NCBI GenBank assembly: GCA_964434195.1
Contig: CAYSUI010000001.1
Span: 8,931 to 72,930 of the forward strand
Length of the DNA: 64,000 nucleotides
Source: an uncultured Candidatus Saccharibacteria bacterium
GTDB lineage: Bacteria; Patescibacteriota; Doudnabacteria; UBA920
Reading direction: 5' to 3'
Made by a program: the position numbers and the translations under genes. The notes beneath the pieces were generated by a model. It was not told where the DNA came from, searched no databases, and saw only the letters and a list, made by a program, of their open reading frames with translations. This document shows, piece after piece, positions 1-10,171 of this stretch; the first letter of the stretch is position 1; each line of letters begins with the position of its first letter.

Positions 1-25
1 TACTATAAAACAGAAATCGTCAAGG

Positions 26-505
26 TTAGTTTTCCACAGAAGTAAAAATGCGAGGACTCTTTATTTCCGGAAAATTGGTCTGAATAAATTCATAAAAACC
101 ATTATGTGTTCTTTGAAGGTAGTCTGGTACTGCTATATACAACCCCACACTTTCTGTAAAAGACTCTTCGTACTTTAATTCTTCGTCTTCTGCGTATGTT
201 TCTTCTACATAACGAGTAACGAAAGAATTTTGGTCTACCAATTTCTTCCACTCCTCGCGCTTTTTTGCGGTCATAAGGTACGCAAAAATATGATGCGCTA
301 TTTCGTGAGAAAAATTTGAAAGTTTGTAAGCCCGCATTTTATCTTCTGGCTTTAAGTCGTCTAGATATTTATATTCATCTGTATTTTCGTTTTCAAAACT
401 ATAAAAACGGATTGGTGTAGGTATTACAACTTTGCCACAATCTGGATCGGTATTCCAGTTGGGAAAATATTCACCTACATATGTAAATTCACCTGCTTCA
501 GGCAC
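26..505 (-). CDS. Hypothetical protein with an HEIAHH (HExxH) zinc-metallopeptidase-like motif. GTG start. In the same frame as ORF 515..895, separated from it only by one TGA (515-517).
   Basis: ORF track. HEIAHH motif read in the translation. The frame relation was checked by coordinate arithmetic (517-505=12). Confidence 0.4.
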   Translation of the reverse strand: MPEAGEFTYVGEYFPNWNTDPDCGKVVIPTPIRFYSFENENTDEYKYLDDLKPEDKMRAYKLSNFSHEIAHHIFAYLMTAKKREEWKKLVDQNSFVTRYVEETYAEDEELKYEESFTESVGLYIAVPDYLQRTHNGFYEFIQTNFPEIKSPRIFTSVEN

Positions 506-514
506 TACACTTTT

Positions 515-895
515 TCATTTCTGAAACTTATCTTTGGCAAGTAAATATTCGTCATCATTAAATCTTACATTCACGAGGTTAGGATTATACGAAATTTTTG
601 ATATTAGAGCTTTTTGAAGCAACTCTTCACCGAAAGCTTTTTTCAATATTCCAGGAAAGTCTTTAGTTTCCACGTCTCTTTCGAATCCCGAAAATTCCAC
701 TGGATACTTATAACTTTCTGCAATTGCCGCATAAATATCTTTTGCTTTTAAAATTGCTTCTATTAATAGCTGGGCTTTTGTAATGTCTTTTTTTCTGGAC
801 TTTAGTATTTTTTTATAGTCTAAACCAACACGATCCATCATTGCTTCATATTCTGGGACCTCTTTCCCTTCCATAAGGTCTATTACACCGTCCAC
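515..895 (-). CDS. Hypothetical protein. Possibly the N-terminal part of one roughly 290-aa gene continuing into 26..505 across an in-frame TGA.
   Basis: ORF track. Collinear and in-frame with the downstream ORF. Confidence 0.35.
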   Translation of the reverse strand: MDGVIDLMEGKEVPEYEAMMDRVGLDYKKILKSRKKDITKAQLLIEAILKAKDIYAAIAESYKYPVEFSGFERDVETKDFPGILKKAFGEELLQKALISKISYNPNLVNVRFNDDEYLLAKDKFQK

Positions 896-988
896 ATACT
901 CCTCTAGTGCTTTGGGTAGTCTTTCTTTGCTGTGTGGGTCTACACTTTTTTTGAACGCTTAAATGAGCGTAGCTTGTTCTTCGTCTTC

Positions 989-1192
989 TTATGAGTCTAC
1001 TGCATACTCTTCTAGAAAAATTTCTGCGTATGGTGCGAATATTTCCTCTAGCTCTTCACGAGACTTTTGTGGACGGTCTTTTTTGCCCGGTGTAGTAAAA
1101 ACCACATCGTTTATACCTTCTTGCTCTATATATTCAATGACCTTTCTTCGTAGATCTAACTCTGCTTCAGGATTAAACTTTAAATTTTCCAT
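989..1192 (-). CDS. Small acidic hypothetical protein (67 aa). In a different frame from 515..895.
   Basis: ORF track only. Confidence 0.3.
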   Translation of the reverse strand: MENLKFNPEAELDLRRKVIEYIEQEGINDVVFTTPGKKDRPQKSREELEEIFAPYAEIFLEEYAVDS

Positions 1193-1250
1193 TTGTTTCT
1201 GTGTGTTATAGGTTATGTCTTAATTTTAGGCAATTCTAAGATATTATAAA

Positions 1251-1288
1251 AGACTAGTAAAACGCGCGCCCGCGCGTTTTACTAGTCT
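1251..1288. repeat. 38-bp GC-cored perfect palindrome AGACTAGTAAAACGCGCG-cc-CGCGCGTTTTACTAGTCT, copy 1 of 4. Hairpin with a 4-nt A-run before the stem and a 4-nt T-run after it, at the 3' end of gene 1316..1831 (terminator-like).
   Basis: Read directly. Reverse complement of the left arm equals the right arm. Near-identical copies at 49208, 49758 and 50127. Confidence 0.85.
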
Positions 1289-1315
1289 ATAAAAAAATAC
1301 CCATTTATTGGGTAG

Positions 1316-1831
1316 TTAATCCTCTTGGATACCAAACACACTCTCGATTTCTTGGGCGACGAGGAGCAGAAATCTGTCGTCTTCTCCGCTTCGCATAGAA
1401 GAGTACCAGCCGGATGCAAATTTTCCGGTACCGCGCGGGAGGGACATTATTTGGCCAAGTTCGGTGCCAAAATAGTCACACTCTTTTGCCCGTACTGGGA
1501 TGACTCGTGGCTTTGTTTGCACTCGTTTCATCATCTCATAAAGCTCGAGTTGGTGTTCGACGGATCTGGGAGTAAGCATAACGATAATGTTTTTAACTCC
1601 CAAGTAACAGAGTTGTGCGAGTAACTCTATTTCGTTGGGTCTAACGACTAGGTATTCGAGCGACAACCGTCGCCTTATTCCTGCCATCATTACCTTTAGC
1701 TCTTCCCAGCAACCCTCTTCGTCTTTTTCGTGGACGACTACCCCCAAAAAGTTTTTCTGAGGGTTGAGTGTTAACTCTTGGTTTTGACCAAAGTAGATCG
1801 ACCCGGGGAATCTTTGCGAAAGATCTTCCAT
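1316..1831 (-). CDS. Hypothetical protein (171 aa).
   Basis: ORF track. No family recognised. Confidence 0.5.
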   Translation of the reverse strand: MEDLSQRFPGSIYFGQNQELTLNPQKNFLGVVVHEKDEEGCWEELKVMMAGIRRRLSLEYLVVRPNEIELLAQLCYLGVKNIIVMLTPRSVEHQLELYEMMKRVQTKPRVIPVRAKECDYFGTELGQIMSLPRGTGKFASGWYSSMRSGEDDRFLLLVAQEIESVFGIQED

Positions 1832-1901
1832 TGAGACTTTTCCTTTTGAAACTAAAATAAAAAAGACTAAATATTTTACATATTTAAGTGTGTTTTGTCA
1901 A

Positions 1902-3608
1902 TTACCGATACTCCTTGGGTACGGTTGTAGGAATCTCATCCGCTGGTTCTATTGGTTTTTCTGTACGTTTGAAAACCAATACTTCGGGAGAGGTATATAC
2001 TTTGTTGAAATACTTATAAACTCTTCCTTGCATGGCTGGATTTTCGTAGAGCTTTGTCCATAGGGCGTCGTTTTTTTGCATAATAATCCAGGTGGCATAT
2101 TTTTCTGGAGCTATAAATGAGTCGTCCCAGTAACCACGGTTTCCAACGTAGATAATTCTATTCATAGGAATATTGGTCCTTATGATAGACATGGTTCTAG
2201 CATAGTCGTCTACCAGCACTAACCCGCTGTCGTAATTTGTATTTATCCACCCTTGGACATCTGGGATTTTTGCTACAGCTGATGAAAGCCCTCTAACTCC
2301 GTCTTCAAAAGTTATAACCTTACTGTAACCAACATAGTACAAACCGAGTTGGGCGAACATTAATCCACCAAGCAGAAGTTTTCCGTTGATGGTCGATTTT
2401 GAAAATAACCATCCTATGAAGAATGCAGCCGGGGGTACCATCATTATTCCGTAACGAACATTGAATAGCGTCCAGTCAAAGGTATATGGGGTTAAGTGTT
2501 TAATAAAAATAACAGACTGTCCTAAAAAGAGAGTTGTAACATTAAATATAAATGGGACAAGAAGCACAATAGCAATGAGCCAATTTTTTTTGTCTTCTCT
2601 TATGTTTAAAAAACTAACCAACCCGACTATGGCTGCTGCGTAAATAAAAACACCTACATTGCTCATGGCCGTCACAAAGTAATAAAGGAATGCGAGCGCA
2701 GGATTGTGATAAGCTGGTAATTCCCCTTTTCTGTGCCACTCAAGTTGCTGCGCTCTTGCTGAATATTCTGAACTAGAAAAATAGAGAGGATCTCCGAGAA
2801 TTAGATAACCCCATATGAACCATAGCAATATTCCAAAGAAAGCAATTGTGCAGAACATAATTAGCTTACCCTCCATTAGCAACCAACGATATCTTTGGAA
2901 AACGCGTTTTATATATTTTTTTAGAGATTCTCCCCTACTAGGCAAAGAAAATTTAATAGGTAAATAATAGAGAAATAGCAGACCAGCTTCGGCGGCGACC
3001 AGAAACCAGCCGTCGTAACGACTCATGGTTGCGCAGAAACCAAATATTCCAGCTAGTAATAACCAGAGAATATTCTTATCTTCTTTCAGGAATTTTACAA
3101 AATAGAAACTAGATAGAAGAAAAAACATAATGAGCAAAGTCTCTGTCATGGGAGTACTTTGCATATAGAGTAAATTTGGATTCGAGACCAACACAATCCC
3201 AGCTATGAATGCTGCGGTTTTATTTTGAGTTACTAAGTAAGTAAGCTTATAAATATAGCGAGTAGAAATTATAAATGCGATTCCAGAAACAATAGACCCA
3301 GCTAGGCCTGTTCGCCACAGAAAGTCGAAATACACAAAAGGCACCATAAGTAGGTGTGGCATAGGTAACCAAATACCGCCAAGCTGAGCAAAACCTGGAG
3401 TGAGAGAATCTATTACTCTTTTAGCTATGTTTAAATGCGACTCGCTATCTCCATAGGCGACTGTATAACCATGAATGGCCGACCAAGTTGTTACTAAAAC
3501 TGAAATAATAACTGAAATAACCAGAAGCCATTGTTCTGGAGAGAGAAAACTAAACCAACCTTTTACTTTTTGGATGGTTTCTATTTTTATAGTTACAGCT
3601 AGTTCCAT
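1902..3608 (-). CDS. Polytopic membrane protein, GT-C fold glycosyltransferase of the ArnT/PMT (GT39/GT83)-like type.
   Basis: 568 aa with many TM segments. Has an early-loop acidic motif (YGDSESH) typical of GT-C enzymes. Sits next to other glycan genes. Confidence 0.5.
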   Translation of the reverse strand: MELAVTIKIETIQKVKGWFSFLSPEQWLLVISVIISVLVTTWSAIHGYTVAYGDSESHLNIAKRVIDSLTPGFAQLGGIWLPMPHLLMVPFVYFDFLWRTGLAGSIVSGIAFIISTRYIYKLTYLVTQNKTAAFIAGIVLVSNPNLLYMQSTPMTETLLIMFFLLSSFYFVKFLKEDKNILWLLLAGIFGFCATMSRYDGWFLVAAEAGLLFLYYLPIKFSLPSRGESLKKYIKRVFQRYRWLLMEGKLIMFCTIAFFGILLWFIWGYLILGDPLYFSSSEYSARAQQLEWHRKGELPAYHNPALAFLYYFVTAMSNVGVFIYAAAIVGLVSFLNIREDKKNWLIAIVLLVPFIFNVTTLFLGQSVIFIKHLTPYTFDWTLFNVRYGIMMVPPAAFFIGWLFSKSTINGKLLLGGLMFAQLGLYYVGYSKVITFEDGVRGLSSAVAKIPDVQGWINTNYDSGLVLVDDYARTMSIIRTNIPMNRIIYVGNRGYWDDSFIAPEKYATWIIMQKNDALWTKLYENPAMQGRVYKYFNKVYTSPEVLVFKRTEKPIEPADEIPTTVPKEYR

Positions 3609-3672
3609 ATATCAGATATGTATTTTAGCATTTATGAGGCGATAAGAATACTGTAGGGGTTATAATTAGACT

Positions 3673-4542
3673 ATGAGTAATATAGGTATAATTTTCGCTG
3701 TGGGTGCTTTAGTGTCCTGGACTTTTGGAGATTTTTTTATTCAGAAAACTGTTAGGGCGGTAGGCAACATTCATGCACTGTTATTTATTTGTGGATTTGG
3801 CAGTTTAGCTATATTGCCTTTCGTTTATAAAGAGATCCCTTTAGCATTTGAAAGTGCTTCGTTTTTAATTTTATTTTTTACTTTTTTAATATCTTTAATA
3901 GCGGCAATATTAGATTTCGAAGCGCTTAAACTTGGAAAGTTTTCTGTAGTAGAACCTGTTTATGGAATTGAGTTACCTATTACGGTATTACTAAGCCTTG
4001 CTATAGCAAAAGAAAATCTTAGTATTTTGCAGATAGTCTGTATAATAGCTGCTTTTGTTGGAATAGTTTTAACTTCTACAAAAGCATTCAGACACCTACA
4101 CTTCCACAAAAGACTCATAGAGAAGGGTGTTATATTCGCGTTACTTGCTGCTACTGCCATGGGTGTAACAAATTTCCTTTATGGTTATTCTAGTGCTAAT
4201 ATTTCGCCTTTACTCACTCTTTGGTATGTGCATTTTTTCTTAGGAGTATTCAGCTTAATAGTCATTATATTTAGGAAGGAATTTGGGCTAATGATTTCGA
4301 ACTTAAAAACTTATCCTAAAATAATTTTTGCTGAAACTTTTTTTGATAATACTGCTTGGCTTTGTTTTGCTTATGCAAACACATACCTACCTATTTCCAT
4401 AGCCACAACAATTAGCGAAGCATACATTGGCTTGGCCGCTGTGGTGGGGGTAGTACTTAACAGAGAACGCCTACGAAAGCACCAATACGTTGGAATTTTG
4501 TTAATTTTTATATCCATAATTTCACTGGGTTTGCTGAGCTAA
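3673..4542 (+). CDS. DMT/EamA-like 10-TM permease.
   Basis: 289 aa, about 10 hydrophobic helices in two halves. Confidence 0.45.
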   Translation: MSNIGIIFAVGALVSWTFGDFFIQKTVRAVGNIHALLFICGFGSLAILPFVYKEIPLAFESASFLILFFTFLISLIAAILDFEALKLGKFSVVEPVYGIELPITVLLSLAIAKENLSILQIVCIIAAFVGIVLTSTKAFRHLHFHKRLIEKGVIFALLAATAMGVTNFLYGYSSANISPLLTLWYVHFFLGVFSLIVIIFRKEFGLMISNLKTYPKIIFAETFFDNTAWLCFAYANTYLPISIATTISEAYIGLAAVVGVVLNRERLRKHQYVGILLIFISIISLGLLS

Positions 4543-4615
4543 GTTATTTGGCAATAAGAAAAAATTTATGTATATTAGCTATTCGTATACTACTCGCTAA
4601 ACCTAGGAGGAAAAG

Positions 4616-4918
4616 ATGCTTACAATACTGAAGAAAGGGGTGACTTACAACATAGCTGTTGGAATGTATGACCAGTTAAAGGAACAAGTATTAACTCTTC
4701 AGTTCTTACACCTTGTTGTACATTACGATGCAGACAATGTATTCGGAATGATGGATGGTATAAATGAAAAACTTGCGACGTTTGACTACCCTAACTTGTT
4801 TGTATATTTAGATTTGAGTAGCAAACAAAATTTTGAAGAACTAAGCGAGTTTGAGCAGTCGGATATTACTGACATCTTTGTGAACTCTCAAACTCATTAC
4901 TATCTTACTACCAGTTAA
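4616..4918 (+). CDS. Hypothetical protein (100 aa).
   Basis: ORF preceded by a GGAGGA-type RBS (cctaggaggaaaagATG). Confidence 0.4.
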   Translation: MLTILKKGVTYNIAVGMYDQLKEQVLTLQFLHLVVHYDADNVFGMMDGINEKLATFDYPNLFVYLDLSSKQNFEELSEFEQSDITDIFVNSQTHYYLTTS

Positions 4919-4961
4919 TTAATAGACTGGTATTTTTTTATAAAAAAATAGGACATTTGTC

Positions 4962-5762
4962 CTATGGTATTAATTTATGAAGCCTTTCTACTCTCTGGTA
5001 GTAAGTAGGGTGACTTGCGTAAATTTTCTCTATCAAATTTCCCTTCTTACTTTTTTCTGAAAGATGTGAGCAAATTATGCGAAAAGCTTCCAAATACTTT
5101 TCCTTCCCTACGGTAAGGGCTGCTACCAAATCTGCCTGATACTCGTTTTGCTGCCTGTACTGGTTAAAAAATATTGGACAGAAAACGACAATGAAGACAA
5201 TATCCCAGAAGACTTTTAATAACCAAACACCGTCTGTGCCATGGGTAAGAATATCGTGGTATGTCGAGACTATCCAGATAAATGCTAGATATAACCCAGG
5301 CAAAAGAAGAGTAATTATTAACTGACTCCAAAGCGCATCATGACTAGCCACGTGCGCTTTCTCGTGAGCAAGAATGGCTTCTATTTGCTCTTCAGAAAGT
5401 TTATTTCCCCAGTAGATAACGACGGGTCTAAAAGGAAAATAACTTAATACTAGCATGTTACTATTTTCGGAATCCTTACTAATGAAAAAAGGTTGCTTAT
5501 AAACCGGAATTAAGCATGGTTTAGACAATTTAGCTTTTTTGAGATATGCGTAAAGATTCACAAGCAAACCTACTATTACTAAACTTGGCACTAGCATAAT
5601 AAGGAGTCGTGTCATAGATGCTTTAATTATCAGATTTATGAGCTCTGGAAATTTGGGGAGTACCATGAGGAATACCCATAGGTTAAACATAACTGCAACG
5701 AGCGCAAAAACTGATTTACGCTTGAAACCATTTCTTAAAACGGTTTTTATTTGCTGATCCAT
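4962..5762 (-). CDS. Membrane-embedded zinc metalloprotease, M48/M56-like (HEKAH motif).
   Basis: HExxH (AHEKAHVASHD) read in the translation, flanked by TM helices. Confidence 0.5.
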   Translation of the reverse strand: MDQQIKTVLRNGFKRKSVFALVAVMFNLWVFLMVLPKFPELINLIIKASMTRLLIMLVPSLVIVGLLVNLYAYLKKAKLSKPCLIPVYKQPFFISKDSENSNMLVLSYFPFRPVVIYWGNKLSEEQIEAILAHEKAHVASHDALWSQLIITLLLPGLYLAFIWIVSTYHDILTHGTDGVWLLKVFWDIVFIVVFCPIFFNQYRQQNEYQADLVAALTVGKEKYLEAFRIICSHLSEKSKKGNLIEKIYASHPTYYQRVERLHKLIP

Positions 5763-5873
5763 TTTTCACCTCCTATTTTTGTGAAATTTGTTTATACCAT
5801 ATTTATAAAAATAAGTCAAGTGTAAATAAAAAATCCTACATTCTGTAGGTTATAAATAGCAGGGTTTTATCTC

Positions 5874-6248
5874 TTAGTCTTTCGGGGAAATGTATACATC
5901 GTATACCTGTCCCCTTGGGGCGTTTAGCCATCTCCACACTTCATCTTTTGTGGGAGGTTTTTCGTTCTTGAGGTAAGCAATTTTTTCTCTCTCGATAGCC
6001 TCTTTTCGGAATCTGGGAAGGGTGGATTTTATTTCTTTTTCTAGGGTATGCAAATCTAAACCCTCTAAACCCACCTTCATTTCTTCGTACCCCGCTTCGA
6101 AGGCCTGATACTGAGCCTCCACTTTTTGCATTATAGATTCTTGCACCTCGGGGGGTAAGCCCTCGAGGAGCTGCGCGTCACTCATTTTGTAAATATTAAC
6201 AAAATGCTTTTCATTTTTCTCAACCTCTGAATTTTCCTTATCTGGCAT
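5874..6248 (-). CDS. Hypothetical protein (124 aa).
   Basis: ORF track. Confidence 0.4.
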   Translation of the reverse strand: MPDKENSEVEKNEKHFVNIYKMSDAQLLEGLPPEVQESIMQKVEAQYQAFEAGYEEMKVGLEGLDLHTLEKEIKSTLPRFRKEAIEREKIAYLKNEKPPTKDEVWRWLNAPRGQVYDVYISPKD

Positions 6249-6346
6249 ATCCCCTCCCTATTGCTATGGTTGTTCTGATAGAAGAAATAGTATACAAAAC
6301 ACATTATCTATGTGCAAGAAATAAAAAATAGCCTAGTATTGGCTAA

Positions 6347-6643
6347 TTATTCGTACTTTATGATTGGGGTATGGGAACAGATACCGGTTTCGAACACAAT
6401 ATCTACATAAGCAGTTTTGTAGCTTGACTGAAACTTGTCTACAAACTCGTTCCAGGGATATGACTTTGGAACATATTCACCCACACCTCGCTTGTCCGCA
6501 AAGTCGCGGAGTTTTTCTTCGGTAGAAAAAATATAGAGAACTTCTCCGTCGTCTGCCGAAAAGCTTTTAGTATCGGCAGGGTCACGGATGACCCATGCGA
6601 TTTCTGGGTGATCGAATTCAACATGTAGCTTGATAGTGCTAAT
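6347..6643 (-). CDS. Hypothetical roughly 98-aa protein missed by the ATG-only ORF track. Non-ATG start, candidate ATT at 6643 four nt after AAAGGAGG.
   Basis: Manual translation of the minus strand gives a continuous protein-like frame (..IKLHVEFDHPEIAWVIRDPADTKSFSADDGEVLYIFSTEEKLRDFADKRGVGEYVPKSYPWNEFVDKFQSSYKTAYVDIVFETGICSHTPIIKYE*). The overlapping 61-aa ATG ORF in another frame looks less protein-like. Confidence 0.3.
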   Translation of the reverse strand: MSTIKLHVEFDHPEIAWVIRDPADTKSFSADDGEVLYIFSTEEKLRDFADKRGVGEYVPKSYPWNEFVDKFQSSYKTAYVDIVFETGICSHTPIIKYE

Positions 6644-6709
6644 ATTGCCTCCTTTGTGAATTCTGAAAGTTTTTTAAACAGAAAAACAAAGCTTGCTTGT
6701 ATTCTGAAT

Positions 6710-7267
6710 TTAGCTTTCAGGATAGATTGCCTTTTGAATTATGACCAACGAACCCTTGGGGATACTTTGCTTAAGGAAACCCTCAAATTTATCTATTCGC
6801 TTAAAGTACTTCTGAATAAGATCCTCTGACCATCCTTCGTTTCTTTTTCTTGCGATCTTATATGCCCAATCGGTTTTCTCAATTAATATGTAGTAGTCGG
6901 GTTTAGGAAAAATAGCCTGAATTATTCTTCCAATAAAGATCAACGTTCTTGAATTATAGGAATATCCATAGGCAAGAACTTCGACTCCTGGATCATGCTC
7001 CCATATTTGTGTTTTATTATTGAAAACAAATACACAAAGTGGGAAAAGCAGAACGGCGAAAACTAAATAGAGACAATGAAGCCCCAAACCTTTTTTGAAC
7101 CTTGGGCTGAGAAATTCTTCTAACCTATTTCCAAAAATTCCTGGGTAGTAAGGGCAACGAATGCGCTTGGCCTTTACACCCACGGCTTTCATTTCTGCTT
7201 TCATTTTTCTTGCAAGCGGGGTCTTACCCACACCGTTTGTTCCCAAGACTGAGATTTTCATATTCAC
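6710..7267 (-). CDS. P-loop NTPase/kinase-like protein (GTNGVGKT Walker A) with an internal hydrophobic segment.
   Basis: Walker A motif at the N-terminus. Confidence 0.45.
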   Translation of the reverse strand: MNMKISVLGTNGVGKTPLARKMKAEMKAVGVKAKRIRCPYYPGIFGNRLEEFLSPRFKKGLGLHCLYLVFAVLLFPLCVFVFNNKTQIWEHDPGVEVLAYGYSYNSRTLIFIGRIIQAIFPKPDYYILIEKTDWAYKIARKRNEGWSEDLIQKYFKRIDKFEGFLKQSIPKGSLVIIQKAIYPES

Positions 7268-7416
7268 CTCCTTCTAAAAGAAAATATAGATGATTATATT
7301 TTCTTAGCTGGCTTTAGTCAAAATATACCTTAAGGATTATAAAGCCATTAGGAAACAAAAAAGCGTCGCAATATATAATTTACGATCGTAAAAATAGAAA
7401 ATTTTATTTTATTAAT

Positions 7417-7884
7417 TTAGTTGGTTTTTTTTGTGACCCTATAAATGTAATACAAAACCCAAAAGAGTAGAGCACCGGAAGTATTTGCTACTAGGTCCCA
7501 CCATGTGTCGTAAGAAGATAGACTAGCGAGTCCAGCCCGGGTAATAAAAAATTCAAAAATTTCGTTTGATACACCCAGCGCAGAAACTAACGCATAGGTA
7601 AAAACCAAGTCTTGGAGGGGTCTATATTTTAGCCCAAGTTGGTTTCGTATATATACCCAAACAATCCCACTAAATATTCCCCCGCCTACGAAGTGAGTCA
7701 GAAAAGCGGTCTGCATACCGTCCACCTTTGGCGAAGGTAAGTACCAGGAAACAAAATATATTAACCCTGCAAGAATTAAAGTAGTTCTTTTCACTGGAGG
7801 TTTTCCACTTAACCAGTGGGTAAGTATTGGTAGAAAAACATATACAACTACGGGCACACCTATAGATAGAATTTTTAAAATCAT
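7417..7884 (-). CDS. Small integral membrane protein (about 4 TM).
   Basis: Hydrophobic profile. Confidence 0.45.
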   Translation of the reverse strand: MILKILSIGVPVVVYVFLPILTHWLSGKPPVKRTTLILAGLIYFVSWYLPSPKVDGMQTAFLTHFVGGGIFSGIVWVYIRNQLGLKYRPLQDLVFTYALVSALGVSNEIFEFFITRAGLASLSSYDTWWDLVANTSGALLFWVLYYIYRVTKKTN

Positions 7885-7989
7885 AGACTTAGTTTAACCC
7901 CTAAACAGATACTTTACCACCCAAGTTGCAATTGCAACTGGAGTGGTAAAATTAGACTTTTTGAAAGTATATAAAAAAATGGCTGCGAA

Positions 7990-9246
7990 CTATTCACAGC
8001 CATTAACTTCCTTTCTTATGGAAGCTATAAACTCTTTATTGAACGACTCCACAAAACCCACATCGTAAAACAACTTAATTGGGATATGTAGAACTGACTG
8101 GTCTTTATCTGGCGGAAACTCAGTCTCGTTTTGTTGCAAAATTTTTGAAAGAGCTATGTACGCATGCTTGTCAGTAGAGCCTCCTAGAGTCTTATCTTTA
8201 CAATGCTCCCCTATTCCAGCACCACCCAAACAAGCATTGCAAATTGAGTCTGGTTCTGGAGTCAACACAACCACGAAGTCCGGATGGGTTTGCGAAAGTT
8301 TTAACCAATGCCAGTGAATGGCTATGTCCAACTCTACTTTCTTAAACAGACCAGGGGTTTCTTCTGGGAAAGTTTTTCCAAAAACATCTTTCAAGTAAAA
8401 CACTTGACGCCGACATTGTTGTATTTGTTTTTCGCAAATACTGCCAATATTCTGACTACCATTGGTTAGCGATTTTCGAATATCTTCCCAAAAGAAATAG
8501 ACATCTATACTCCTTTCGTCTTCCAGACTCGTACTTACTAACTCCCCGAAAATGTTTAGGAAGTCTATATACTGCTCCCAACTTGGATTCCAAAAGAATT
8601 CACTCAGGTCTTCTATCCTTAAAGCTAAATTGTTTATGCAGTCTAAGAAATCTAGGTAGGATTCACGATACACTTCTTCTACTACACCATCCCAGTCTTC
8701 GACACAACTTCTAACTTCTGACTGTTTCCTTGTTAGTAAAGATTTGAGTCCTTTAAGAATTTCCTTTGGATTATTTCCAGTTCTTAGAGCATTAGCTAAT
8801 TCCTTTTCGTCGTCTGTATAGAGAAATGCATTATTAGGATTTTTAGCATTTCTAACAGTTAGGTCCCAGATAGAGAACAGTATTAAGCATAGCCTCGAAA
8901 GCGCCACTGGGTTTTGATAGGCAGTCCTAAAACTTAACAGTAGATCTTGAGCGAGTTTTTCCGCATGACCCATATTTTTAATTTGAGCCACGGAACGTTT
9001 AAAAGTTAGAAGAATTCGCTTTTTAGAGAATTGTAAAAATAGCTCGTCGTTTGCCTTGGTAGATTCCAATTCCCGTGGGACCAAATGAATACCAGTTTTC
9101 TCATGTTTACTTATGTAAGATATTCCAAGCCAGTCGTAGCAGAAACGAGAAAATTTTTCGAAATGACGCAAACGCATAGTTTGAAAAAAACTTTTTGAAT
9201 CGGAACCAATTATTTCATTCAAGGTAAGCGACTCTAATTTACACAT
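7990..9246 (-). CDS. Hypothetical protein (418 aa) with a Cys cluster CNACLGGAGIGEHC.
   Basis: ORF track. No family recognised. Confidence 0.5.
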   Translation of the reverse strand: MCKLESLTLNEIIGSDSKSFFQTMRLRHFEKFSRFCYDWLGISYISKHEKTGIHLVPRELESTKANDELFLQFSKKRILLTFKRSVAQIKNMGHAEKLAQDLLLSFRTAYQNPVALSRLCLILFSIWDLTVRNAKNPNNAFLYTDDEKELANALRTGNNPKEILKGLKSLLTRKQSEVRSCVEDWDGVVEEVYRESYLDFLDCINNLALRIEDLSEFFWNPSWEQYIDFLNIFGELVSTSLEDERSIDVYFFWEDIRKSLTNGSQNIGSICEKQIQQCRRQVFYLKDVFGKTFPEETPGLFKKVELDIAIHWHWLKLSQTHPDFVVVLTPEPDSICNACLGGAGIGEHCKDKTLGGSTDKHAYIALSKILQQNETEFPPDKDQSVLHIPIKLFYDVGFVESFNKEFIASIRKEVNGCE

Positions 9247-9352
9247 GATTATTCCTCCTACTGAAAGTTTTGAATATTTGAATAAGGGTTATTTATATAT
9301 TATTTTGCCTATGCATTCAATTCTTGGGTAAATAAAAAATTCGTGGTTTTAT

Positions 9353-10171
9353 TTACCACGAATCACTTGCGCCACCTCCGCCAGAGCTTCCACCACCGTC
9401 ACCGCCGGAGGAACTTGAGCCTGATGATCCACCGCCCGAACCCCAACCACTGCCGCCAGAGCCGGAGCTGGATCCAGAGTAAGAAGAGCTTCGCCTGTAA
9501 GTTCCTGTAGCCAAACTATAGAAAAAGGCGATAACCATAATTAGAACAAACAACGCCACCAAGACAAAAATGACAAGAATAATTATCCCGACCACTTTTT
9601 CTGCGGTTGTGGGTGGGGGTTTCTGGGTTACTATTCCTGAACCATACACTCCCCTCCCTTGCTCTTTGTCTTTCTGGTCGAAGTGAGCGGCGAGCTCGTT
9701 TATAACCCCACGTACGGCTTCGGTTGGGTTCTTGCTCGCCATGAAGTGCTTGTTGTTGCGGAGAATTTCTCCGGCTTTGCCGTCTGGGAGATCGCCTTCA
9801 TTTCCGTAGCCGGTTTCTATTCTCCATTTCCGCTCCTTAAATACAACGAGCAGCAGCAAACCCATGTCTCTGCTTGGACCTTGCTTGTCTCCAATGCCCC
9901 AGGCACGGAAAGTATCTATTGCGGCGGTTTCGATATCCATGCCACCTAGCGTGGGAATGGTTATAACACAGATTGAGCGACCTGTTTTTTTGTAATAGTC
10001 GCTAAGTGTCTGGTTGTAGGTTTGTACCAACGCCGGGTCCAGGATATTGTCGAAATCGTTCACTGGGACGTAGGGTTGTGGTTTTTGAGGAACCTGAAAA
10101 CCCGTTTGTGCCTGCGTGAAGAGACTTGAACTTAGCAGAATTGCTAGTAGAAGAATCAATTTCAATCTCAT
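9353..10171 (-). CDS. TPM-domain (YgcG/DUF477-like) protein: signal peptide, TPM domain, one TM, then a Gly/Ser-rich C-terminal tail.
   Basis: Architecture read from the translation (LLLVVFKERKWRIETGYG.. then TM then GSGGSGWGSGGG..). Confidence 0.55.
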   Translation of the reverse strand: MRLKLILLLAILLSSSLFTQAQTGFQVPQKPQPYVPVNDFDNILDPALVQTYNQTLSDYYKKTGRSICVITIPTLGGMDIETAAIDTFRAWGIGDKQGPSRDMGLLLLVVFKERKWRIETGYGNEGDLPDGKAGEILRNNKHFMASKNPTEAVRGVINELAAHFDQKDKEQGRGVYGSGIVTQKPPPTTAEKVVGIIILVIFVLVALFVLIMVIAFFYSLATGTYRRSSSYSGSSSGSGGSGWGSGGGSSGSSSSGGDGGGSSGGGGASDSW

